From Thelocarpon superellum (Eukaryota): a DNA stretch of 20,000 bases. Positions 1-9,481 of the stretch are shown here, in pieces; within the stretch, counting starts at the first letter, position 1, and each line of letters starts with the position of its first letter. The stretch is from NCBI GenBank assembly GCA_026025795.1, contig JAPEUG010000052.1, positions 45,492-65,491 of the forward strand, written 5' to 3'. The notes under the pieces are model-generated. The model saw only the letters and a program-made list of their open reading frames with translations, had not been told where the DNA came from and did no database searches. The position numbers and the translations under genes were made by a program.

Positions 1-349
1 TACTCACCTGCATCTCTGCCTCCATCTCTGACATTCGGCTCTGCATCCGCGTCTCTCCCCGTCCTTCCGCATGTCGCACAACTTCGGTGAACATGTCAGG
101 CGGTTGGACGATTTCGATTTTGCGGCGCTTTGATGTCCGCGTTCGTTCGCAGTACATCGCCATTGTTTCATCGCCGCTCTCAGCTGGTCTGAGGAACTTG
201 CCCTCTTGGAGCATCGTCGTCGTCGTGGGGATGTCTAGTTGCGAAGCGATCGACAGCCGGACCGGCGTCGATTTGAGAAAGACGTCCGGAGGTTGATGCC
301 TGTGGGGCGATGCCCGTGGGGGCGAGACTTCAACAATCAGTGTCGGCAT
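1..349 (-). CDS. Probable first coding exon of a hypothetical gene that runs off the left edge (partial)
   Basis: Open frame from ATG at 349 (context gcaatcATG; an alternative ATG lies at 214) to a CAG|GTGAGT donor at 8/7. It is 114 codons (MPTLIVEVSPPRASP...TSKRRKIEIV...MSEMEAEMQ) and includes an NLS-like KRRK. An upstream GTAAGT donor at 392-387 suggests a further 5' intron. The ORF track omits it because it has no stop in the window. No family recognised. Confidence 0.45.
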   Translation of the reverse strand, partial: MPTLIVEVSPPRASPHRHQPPDVFLKSTPVRLSIASQLDIPTTTTMLQEGKFLRPAESGDETMAMYCERTRTSKRRKIEIVQPPDMFTEVVRHAEGRGETRMQSRMSEMEAEMQVS

Positions 350-741
350 GATTGCTGGAGTGAGAAGTATACGAGAGAACATGTCCACTTACCTGTGTGG
401 TGGAGATCTATCAGCGACGCGTGTTGACGCTGAAGAGAAGGAAGGCACGACGGAGCGCTCACACGTCCCAACGGATATGAGGCCGAGGACCTGATTAGTC
501 AGCGGCCACCGATCCAAACCGGTATAGCCGGTAACGTAGATCACCGTTAGCGCTCTCGACGAGGGAGACGCATCTAGCGTGGTGGCTCAGTCACCTGACC
601 GAGCAAAGCGTCGTGCACGGTGCTCGGTGCTCGGTGCGTGGGGCGGCGGTGTGGGGGTTTTGGACAAGTTTCGTCGGACGTAGCAAAGTGTGGCGAGAGC
701 TTTTGCAACGACGGAATTGGCGGAGTCACGGAGCGCCCAAG

Positions 742-818
742 TGGGGCTGGGGCTGGGGCTGGGGCTGGGGCTGGTGCTGGTGCTGGTGCTGGTGCTGGTG
801 CTGGTGCTGGTGCTGGTG
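742..818. repeat. Compound hexanucleotide microsatellite (TGGGGC)5(TGGTGC)7
   Basis: Read directly from the sequence; it explains the GA/WG/LV/ST runs in overlapping spurious ORFs. Confidence 0.97.
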
Positions 819-1199
819 AGGCTGATGCATGTTACACCGCTTCTACCGCTCACGCACTCCCGCACTCCCGCACTCGCCCACCCACCCACGCCGCCCATCT
901 GTCTGTCTTTCCCCCTCCTGCCCCGGCAACGCCGCGCATGGGCGAGTACTCCTTCGGACGACGCCGCTCTACTCGGGTGTGCCCGCGATCCCTCGGTCGG
1001 TCGGGTGGTCGGGTGCTCGGCCCGAGTCCCTCAGGCGGTGAACAATACAAGCTACAAATACGCCACAACAAGTCGTGCTCCACAAGTCTGAGCCACGGGG
1101 AGAAAGCAGTCATCCTGATATTCACGGAGGATCAGGGGCGCTCCACATCACCACCTTGCGTTGGGACAGCATCATGGCCTGGCCGGCATCTCACACACA

Positions 1200-1241
1200 C
1201 CGACATGACACCGACATGACACCGACATGGATCCCGACATG
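1200..1241. repeat. Short tandem repeat of 11-mer CCGACATGACA (about 3-4 units, the last ones degenerate)
   Basis: ccgacatgaca ccgacatgaca ccgacatggat cccgacatg. Confidence 0.85.
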
Positions 1242-3364
1242 GCGGTTGATGCAGTAGTGCCCAACGACGCTCCCGTTGGGGCATAGCGATGACGCGGAAG
1301 GGATCGGGATCGGTCCGCACTGCGGTCGTCAACCTATCAACGTCTCCCACCCACGGGACCCTCGACGCACAAAGGTGACACGAAAACGCCACCTTTGGGG
1401 GTTGGTGAGATTTCAACAATGGTTCGTGACTGCGACGTCCGACGATGAAGTTAGTAAACCTCGCCATTGGCTGGACGGGACGCGTGGGTCCCGGAGGGAT
1501 GATTGGCCCGACGCGTCCACCCTGCTGCTCTCCATCGGTCCGGCCCCTCTCGTGCGGTGGGAGATCCCCTCACGTGCAGCTTGGTGCCAGATCCCGATGA
1601 GCATCTTGGCTGTTCAAGGTCGCCGCAGACGCTGACAGGGTCATCTCACCACGACCGACTGAGGAGCCATGATCGCCATGGCTGGACAATGACATCACGT
1701 GCACGGCAGTGTGGCTGGGAGTGGCCAGGCCCGGGCTCGATGTGGGGATACTCCTACCCTCTCCTACACCACTCGGCAAGCGACCAACCGGCAGAGGCGA
1801 GTACCCATGCCGTATGGAAACCTGGGGCAACTCCGGGCACCCGCGGCCACGGGCCGTCCCCTCGCCCACCACCTCCTTGGAGGGACATGGGGAGCCCGGC
1901 GCACGGATGGCTCGTCGACGAGTGACATGCGCGTGGCCGTCCCCTTTGCGAGGATTGTCGATGACGCAAAATCGCGCGAGCGGGCACGATTGAGGAGAGC
2001 TGGGCGATGGAACGGGCCCTAGAGATCTTGTCCCGATCGAGAGGTGGTGGGCGATCGTGGACGGCCGATCTCACCGGGCTGGTCACGCGTGGCAGATGAG
2101 CGTGAACCGGCTTGACGTGGCGGGCACCGGTCGCGCGGATGGCGCTGGGGCTGACACGCGTTCGACGTACATGTCGACGTGCATTGCGACGCGCATTCGG
2201 CGTTGTGCCCTCCACCTCGCTTGTCTGGGACAACGATTGGGGTATGCCAGGGGACGCTTGCGTTGAAAAGCAAGGTGCATCGGTCTGGAGCGCTCCGTGG
2301 ATGCTTTTGTCGGAAAAAGCAAGAGAAAAAGCCACATACATCTACTGTACCCCGCAGACTGGTGGACGGGGCGGTAACACGAGACTAACGATTGGGTCAA
2401 CGTCGACTTGTGACAGCAATATGGGTACACCTTGAATGCTGCCGCAGACGATGCGATGCGCGAGCACATGCCCACGCACATTCCATCGCCAACTGCCAGC
2501 ATGGACGTCTGCCATCCCAATGGCCATGTACTTGTACATGCTCGTACATGGGTAGACAGCACCGGTGTGGAAGGGAAAACAAATAAGTCTTCCGAGACGA
2601 CTTCGGAGATGCTCGGCTTGCCAATCGGACATGAATGGTGACACGCACAGACGCATCCGATGACACCGTCGCAATCGATCCGAGGGCGACCGATCGGAGA
2701 GGAGAGGCGGAGAGGAGGGAACAAGGGAAAGAGGAGGAGGGAGGAGAGGAGAAGACGGAGGTTGACGGCCCGGCAGAAAGATCCTTGCCATGCCTCCACG
2801 TTGCAGCCTCCCGGTCGCCGAGCGACGTCTCGCACCACTCTCAATCCTTTGCGTTGGTGGGAGAAGTTACGCGAACCCAAATATTACCAGAGCCAGTCCG
2901 CGCAGCGGGTGCGAGGGTCGTAGTCTCGAAGCGGCGAGTGTGTCGACGGCTCAATGACTATGTTGCTGGCCAGCATTACTCCTTGTAGTGTTGCGGTCAG
3001 ACCGGAGTCACGGGACGCCCACGGGGCCGTGGTTGAACTTCTCAGGAGGCACTCTCATAGCGAAGAGAAGATGGTGACCACTAGTCTAGTCAGCGTGTAG
3101 GGGGCTATCCTTCGCATCTCGGCGTCTACTGTATTGGCTGGGGGGTCATGATTGCGAATCGGCCCGATGACCCATCCCGTCTTTGCACGTCAAAGCGTCG
3201 GTCTGCTCAAGCGCGCGGTGTTAGGAGACGGGGCCGACCAACGTCTGGACCTGCGCAAGCTGCGCCGAGGTCAACGTCAATTCCAGGAGACTTTGGATGG
3301 CGAAAAGTCCACTGGCGACCCGCGGCCAACCACGGCTGACTCGCCACACCACGCTGCTGAGCTT

Positions 3365-3538
3365 TGCTCCCCTGCTCACCTGCTCCCCTGCTCACCTGCT
3401 CCCCGGCTCACCTGCTCCCCTGCTCCCCTGCTCTCCTGCTCCCCTGCTCCCTGCTCCCCTGCTCACCTGCTCCCCTGCTCCCATGCTCCCCTGCTCCCTG
3501 CTCACCTGTCCACCTGCTCTCCTGTACATCTGCTCCCC
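3365..3538. repeat. Octamer tandem repeat (CCTGCTCC/CCTGCTCA), about 20 units
   Basis: Read directly; it produces the PAHLLPCS-type low-complexity ORFs. Confidence 0.95.
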
Positions 3539-3662
3539 CCTGGCTCATTCGAATGGCCCTAGAACCTGTCAGAGCGAGTCCGACTTCCAGCGTCGCTTAT
3601 GGGGACGGGGCCACTTGACGCCCAATCAAACGGAACCATCCCCGAGGTAGCGGTTACTTGGT

Positions 3663-3802
3663 GCTGTCGAGGCTCCATACGGGAGCTCGAGGCTTCTGAG
3701 TAAGCCACCTCACATGACCCACAATAGCTGTATATTAGAACGACGGATAGCTTCCGTAGAATAAACCACCCATCTCCAGTGGAATAACCGGGGTGCGTCA
3801 GT
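3663..3802 (-). repeat. Dispersed repeat family, copy A (inverted relative to copies B and C)
   Basis: Its reverse complement (tgacgcaccccggttattccactggagatgggtggtttattctacggaagctatccgtcgttctaatatacagctattgtgggtcatgtgaggtggcttactcagaagcctcgagctcccgtatggagcctcgacag) aligns almost base for base with 8540-8680. Confidence 0.93.
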
Positions 3803-4294
3803 GCGAAGCCCGCCCACCGAGCACAGGGCTAGCGGGCTTGGCCGCGGGAGGCTACTGAGCCAGCGCTAGCGGTCGAATTGTGACGGCGGAAATGTGCACT
3901 AGAAACGGGATCAGCACGGAATATGACCGGCTCCGTTGTGCAAACACGATCGATGCCCGTCCCGCGGCGGGCAAACGGTGCACCTGAAACATGCACAATC
4001 TCGTATGAGGATCGTATAGGCCTTGCACTATTACCTGTCAGATCAGGTCGCTTGCAACGCATGTTGTCGCCCGAGAGGTCGCCCATGATCTCGCCCATGG
4101 TCGCGGTCATGTCCATACATCGACCGTCTCCTCCGTCCGCGGGGTCCAGAAGGCCATCTGCGTTCACTCCTTCCGCAGACGATCCATCTTCCGCCGTGAC
4201 ATAGCGACTGGGGCGCTTTTTGCTTTCTGGTGCTTCGCAGTCTAGCACTCCACACTCTTTTCCCTCGTGCAACACTCTCTTTCCATCTGGCCAC

Positions 4295-5632
4295 ATGAAG
4301 CATCTCTCCCTCATGCTCGGCCTGCTGGTTGCCGCTGCATCCGCTGCACCCGTGGCCGACGACGGATGCGACATGCAATATGTGATGGTCAATCCCGACG
4401 GAACCCCCGTCTCCCCGTCGTCGAGCGATGCCTCGGTCGCGCCGGCCGACGCTTCGTCCAGTCCCACCTCGGACGCAGCGGCAGGGACGGGGACGGGGAC
4501 GGTGGCACCCGCCGGTCCGAGTGGCACGGCGCCCTCGGATCCGGGCCCAGGCTTCAAGACGGTCTCGTGCAGCGCCGGGTCGTTGGCTCCCGTCGGCATG
4601 GCCAGCTTCCCCATCAACGGCGACAACCTCTGCGCCCCCGAGCCCACGGACCCGGTGCCTGCCGACGCCGTGGTCTACACACCCAGCAGCTCGACCCTGG
4701 ATCTGCTGGACATCCAGCAATGGATCAACAAGGAGGCATCGGCGGGAGCCACGTTCCTCAAGGTGGCTCCGGGTCTCTACGCCTACGGCCCCGGGCCAGT
4801 CCACTCGGCGAGCACCGACACGAATACCGTTGCAGGCGAGAACATCGAGCTGACCGGCAAGGGCGGCATCACGCTCGACCTCCGTGGGGTGACCTTTGTC
4901 GTCACCATCAACCCACAGAACATCGACCAACGACTGGGAGAGATGATCTACGTCGGCTACACCCGCGACATCACCATCCTCGGTGGCACCTACTGGATCG
5001 ACCAGGGCGATCTGTGGTCGTACGCGGAGATGACGTCGATGGACAACCTGGTCGGCACCTTCCAAGTCCCCGAGGGCTTCAACCGCAGCGTCTGGCTCAC
5101 CGCCACCGCCTCGCCCGGCCTGATCATGTGCGCGGACACGTCGGACCCGAAGCACTACACCTTCCCGGAGTGCGGACAGTGGCAGCAGGCCGTCTCCTGG
5201 GACAAGTCGCAGCTCCTCTCGAACGGCATCCTGAAGGTCACCGCGCCCGGCTGGGCCGAGCATCCGAACTTCCGTCCGAACTTTAGCCTCTCGTGTGCCG
5301 TCGGACCACAGACGGCGACGACGATTGGCGCGGAGCATGTCGACAACCTGGTGATCAAGGGCATGACGACCAACGGCAATTTCTGGCAGTATGGACTCGA
5401 TTCATACAACACCGCCGTGCTCGAGGACTGCTGGGTGGTGCAGCCGCCGCGGCGGCCGGGCTATGGCATTGTCGGGCCCCATGGCCCCGTCTGGTTCCAG
5501 GACTCCATCAGCCACGTCAACTTCAACGCGCCGGGCGAGGTCCCGATGACGTACAAGAATTCCTGGTGGCAGGCCTCCTCGAGCCCCTACCAGCTCGAAG
5601 ACATGAACAACGGCACCGTGCCCACGTCCTAG
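4295..5632 (+). CDS. Secreted protein, 445 aa, intronless; probable right-handed parallel beta-helix (pectin lyase-like / GH110-like N-terminal region)
   Basis: ATG at 4295 gives a signal peptide (MKHLSLMLGLLVAAASAAP) followed by a Ser/Pro/Thr/Ala/Gly-rich linker, with strong GC3 codon bias and a TAG stop at 5630-5632. The segment DIQQWINKEASAGATFLKVAPGLY...ITLDLRGVTFVV...RDITILGGTYWID matches the capping-helix plus first-coil pattern of beta-helix carbohydrate-active proteins. The fold assignment is inference. Confidence 0.85.
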   Translation: MKHLSLMLGLLVAAASAAPVADDGCDMQYVMVNPDGTPVSPSSSDASVAPADASSSPTSDAAAGTGTGTVAPAGPSGTAPSDPGPGFKTVSCSAGSLAPVGMASFPINGDNLCAPEPTDPVPADAVVYTPSSSTLDLLDIQQWINKEASAGATFLKVAPGLYAYGPGPVHSASTDTNTVAGENIELTGKGGITLDLRGVTFVVTINPQNIDQRLGEMIYVGYTRDITILGGTYWIDQGDLWSYAEMTSMDNLVGTFQVPEGFNRSVWLTATASPGLIMCADTSDPKHYTFPECGQWQQAVSWDKSQLLSNGILKVTAPGWAEHPNFRPNFSLSCAVGPQTATTIGAEHVDNLVIKGMTTNGNFWQYGLDSYNTAVLEDCWVVQPPRRPGYGIVGPHGPVWFQDSISHVNFNAPGEVPMTYKNSWWQASSSPYQLEDMNNGTVPTS

Positions 5633-6431
5633 TCGCCGACCTCGTGGCGGGATGGAAAGGCTCGAGCGAGCGGCAATGACCTTGGTGCTTCTTCTTTCTC
5701 CATCTCCATGTAATGTCGGAAAGCCATGAAATTTTCTGCTAAATTGATTCGTTTACCCGTCGCATGTCTATGCTTGGGGAGTGCACGGATGTAGTCGTGC
5801 GCGCCCTACGTAGCCAGTACACGGGGAGGGCCCCGTTCACTACCAGTCGATGGGGGCCCTCTTTGAAACAGGGGAGCCCCAGTAGCTGCGTCCAGTAAGA
5901 GGCGATGGGAGGCATTTGCTTGTCTGGCACGCTCCCTGTCCTCTGGCGTGCTCTCGTCCTCGTCATCCTCCGCGATCGGCGGCTGGCGACCACCGCTCTC
6001 AGCGGCCGCAGCCACCGCCGCCTCCAGCTTGGCGACGCGCGCAGCCCGCCGGTGGTCGACACCGGCCTCATCAAGGCCCTGTACTGGAAATGTGCCGGTC
6101 TCCAGCGTAGTCCGGCCCCAACGTTGGACCACCTCCTATGTACGCCCATCTTGGTAGACGCCCTTGCCCACACGCAGGAATGTGCCTGTGGAGTCAGGCA
6201 CCAAGGTGAAAGGACTACGTGAGAGCATTGGGATTTTCTTGGAATGGTGTGGAGGGTCTTTGAAAGGACGGTGTTTGTTGCGCATTGGGGAATACGAAGT
6301 CGATGGTATGAAGGCTACTTGGTCTCCTCATACTGTAGGAGCGCGCACGTGATCAAGTCACGTGCCCACCCCTATTACAATCCCGGCTACATGTAGATTA
6401 GCAATTCAGCTCTGATTCCTACAATACGAGA

Positions 6432-6677
6432 TATATGGGAATCCCTTAGGCGGCATTTCCCGCTGAGCTCTCCCACGACCAACCACTGATTGTGTCATCT
6501 TCCAACATAATTTTCGGCATCTACATGTTGCGCAGAGGGAATAAAGTGTAGAGAGTATTAAGGCTAACAGCTATTACAACTCTGCTTGGGTCTCCCCATA
6601 CCAATTATATGGGAACCGACAGGGGCATTTCCCGTTCCGCCTTCCATGACCAACTGCGGATTATGTCATCTTCCAAC
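6432..6677. repeat. Degenerate direct repeat pair (about 75-bp units at 6432-6507 and 6606-6677)
   Basis: tatatgggaa..ggcatttcccg..ccacgaccaac..gattgtgtcatcttccaaca versus tatatgggaa..ggcatttcccg..ccatgaccaac..gattatgtcatcttccaaca; each is preceded by ctattacaa (about 6372 and 6572). Confidence 0.85.
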
Positions 6678-7436
6678 AGACGTAGTGCGTCATAGTAACC
6701 ACGTGACTTATACCTGGTCACGTGGCTGCCCGAACACTATCCTCGAGACGGAAACCTCGTGCAGCTCGACACAACAGTAAAGACATGACATATGATGGAA
6801 GAGGACATTGGCGCACACTTCATATCGATGCTGCATGCCATGCAAAAACATCTACAGGATCCACATGCTTGCTGCATAGTCGACGTGGGGCATTGAGCAG
6901 GAGCAAGCACGAGGGCTTTCCTTCTAATGAAACTGATGTTCTCCTCATCAGCCTCGTCACCTTTCGCACTCGTTCACATACCTCTCTCCGCATGCCACCC
7001 TCCGTCACCCTGGTGGAGGTCGCGTTGTGCTGCAACACAGATATGCCAGATGCTCAATCTACGTTGCATCGCATTTGTCGCTATCGTGGCTGCAATGGCG
7101 AGCACGGCCCCCCAGAACAGTGGGCGCTGTATCCCAGCTCAGCACGATTGGGGCTGCGCCAATTCGGGCCTCGCGGATCTTCCAGGTAGCTCGACAGGGG
7201 AGCCCCTATTAGCTGCTACAAATTCGCCCAACAGATCCACGTCAGATCCACCGCCCTCGAGAAGGAATTGTCTTGTACGGGGAAGGGCAGCACTGCCAAG
7301 GACCGACGACGACCAGAAGGCTGTGGAGGAGGCGAGTTGGCGCTGGTAATGAGGGAACCGTTCAAGGAACTGTGATGCGCCGCAGGGCGGTACCCGCCAC
7401 AGGGGCTCCGACTGCCAAAGCGCACGCACGCTGGAC

Positions 7437-7701
7437 TCAAACACGCCGGTCAGGGCAAGATGACTGGTAGCAGTCGCACGGCGAATCTCTGCACGGATGC
7501 ATGATGAGGGTTTTATGAACCACAGCGGTCTTGACGTCGTCCAGCACATCCGTCGCGCTCTGGTACGCGTCCGTCCAGCACTTGCGGATGACCGGACCCA
7601 TCACCGGCACATGCTCGGTCGATGGACGCTGCCCCGCGGCGTAGCGGCGCTCCACCTCTTCATCGCTGATGTCGTCCGGGGAGACTGTGGGCAGCCCCGT
7701 G
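7437..7701 (-). pseudogene. Truncated relic of a fungal Ser/Thr protein-kinase-like gene (C-terminal end of the C-lobe only)
   Basis: Translation STGLPTVSPDDISDEEVERRYAAGQRPSTEHVPVMGPVIRKCWTDAYQSATDVLDDV fits the TG..P..D..D.EVE.R...G..P.......I..CW...Y.SA.EVL pattern of kinase subdomains X-XI in fungal kinase-like families. The frame is closed upstream by TAG (about 7794-7796), with no ATG and no DFG/HxD motifs. Confidence 0.6.
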
Positions 7702-8539
7702 GAAGGAACTATTGCTACTGCGGCGGCGGCGGCGTGGGTGGCTACGAGCCGCCGCAGAGGCTGACGCTCCGCTTGGGCTGGCCCCGCTACTGACTACTAC
7801 TACGAGCAGGGCCTCTATGAGAGACGTCGAAGATGGCTCTGGCCACGTCGGACCAGGATACCGTCAAGGCGTATCAGCGCGGTGAAAATACTCGGGGGCG
7901 AGGGTGGAGGCATCGTCTGTTGTGTCGAGCCGGCGCCGGCGAAGATGGGAACAACGCTGCAAGAACACTGGATCTCCCTCAGCTAATGCGCCGGAGCACG
8001 GCATGAATGACTCGAGCCATCTAGCAATGGGAGACGACTCTTGTGATGTGGAAGAGCGGCGTCGAATCGGAATCGCTGGTACTGACCGGACGAGGAAGAC
8101 GAGATACCACCGGCGGACAAGGGCTCCACTCCCTTGGGGAGCGAGCAGGGAGCACCCTCTTCAGTTGCCCTGCCGCAAGGTGGTCTACCATGGAGCGCTC
8201 CCCCCGCCCTTTTGTACTGTGCCAGACATGCTCGGGTGGAGCGCGCCCATCCATCCAAGCCAGATCCTAGTGTAGAAAGACGCCGTCAATGTCAAGCGTC
8301 CAGTCATTGCTGCAAAGCCCTCCCGTACTGTTTTCCCCGACTAACTTTATCGTCGGATCTCTCATTTCCGTCACACTGCATGGTGGCGTAGGCCATGCCG
8401 TAAGCAATGTGACGAGGGCGTCGCGCTGCATGAGTCCGGATACGCCCACGCGGTTGGGGTACAAGCACGAGTACGAGTCCGAGGACAAGGACGAGGATGA
8501 GTAAGCGGGGCTCTTGTCTGGAGGACGAGCACTGGGTAT

Positions 8540-8680
8540 TGACGCACCCCGGTTATTATTCCACTGGAGATGGGTGGTTAATTCTACGGAAGCTATCCGT
8601 CGTTCTAATATGCAGCTATTGTGGGTCACGTGAAGCGGCTTACTCAGAAGCCTCGTGCTCCTGTATGGAGCCTCCACAGT
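8540..8680 (+). repeat. Dispersed repeat family, copy B
   Basis: Near-identical to the reverse complement of 3663-3802 and similar to 12046-12195. Confidence 0.93.
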
Positions 8681-8824
8681 ATGCCCCGTCGAGGCGTACG
8701 TAAGCAGTGGCTCCCTACTGGTGTGTTACTGCTCGGCCGAGAACTCGGGCGAGTCTCGCGGGGTAGGAGGAGCGTACAATCGCCGGCACGGCCACCAAGC
8801 TGCGGCACCAAGCATCGGTCATCG

Positions 8825-8954
8825 GTCGGATCCTGCCAAAAGAAAAGAAAGCAGTCCACACCCCTCACACCCCTCACCCCCCTGCCGCTCGGACGAACCT
8901 TGGCCCGGGCAAACGACACCAAGTTTTTCGTCGGATCCTGCAAAAAAGAAAGCA
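8825..8954. repeat. Short direct repeat pair GTCGGATCCTGC(C)AAAA..GAAAGCA (8825-8853 and 8930-8954)
   Basis: Read directly from the sequence. Confidence 0.75.
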
Positions 8955-9481
8955 ATCATGGCCCCCACGTACTGCCCACGCCGGATTGGTTCGTGGACGG
9001 TGGTGGCGTGACCATGGCCGCTCACACGGCAGTTGCAGCCTGATCCTGCGCGACCACCTCCCGCCAAGCACCCTCCCCCGTGCGTCCGAGGTGCGGACGG
9101 GCAACGGTCACGTGGAAGTGGGGGTTCTTTTCAAGTTCCGTCGGACGTCTCAAATTCCTGACGCCATCGGACGTGCATGGTGGCGCACTCGGTGACCAAT
9201 GAAATCGGCAGTCCGTAGACGGGCCGTTGGCGGAGTGCCGCAAGCAGATGGAGAGCGTCATTTGTTTAGCGACGGTGCAGAGCAGGTGCACGGTTGTCGG
9301 AATGGGAGAAGAGGGGAGGGGATGAGGGGAGGGGATGAGGCCAGGCAAGACATCTGTCCGGAATAAAGCCTACCAAGTTTGTTCACTCACGACTCGGATT
9401 ACAATCGCTGGCGTGGAAGGGAACCGCAAGGGACGGACATCCTCTCCCCATACACAGAAGCGTCGTGTCTCCTCCATCGCC

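Noticed and set aside
587..1219. Gly-Ala, Trp-Cys or Ser-Thr repeat proteins
   Set aside because: Artefacts of the hexamer microsatellite; no coding bias or credible start.
1276..3000. Many overlapping 60-265 aa ORFs
   Set aside because: No recognisable domains, codon bias or consistent splice structure; expected by chance in GC-rich intergenic DNA.
3152..3650. Pro/Cys-rich ORFs, or a telomere- or CRISPR-like array
   Set aside because: A simple octamer tandem repeat with no spacers and no TTAGGG; the sequence is eukaryotic.
4043..5338. 431-aa antisense and 339-aa alternative-frame ORFs over the secreted gene
   Set aside because: Arg-rich shadow frames; the frame with the signal peptide carries the codon bias.
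8134..8391. ORF ending in CAAX-like CMVA as a candidate a-type pheromone precursor
   Set aside because: It starts at TTG, has no usable in-frame ATG and shows no pheromone-like composition; likely chance.
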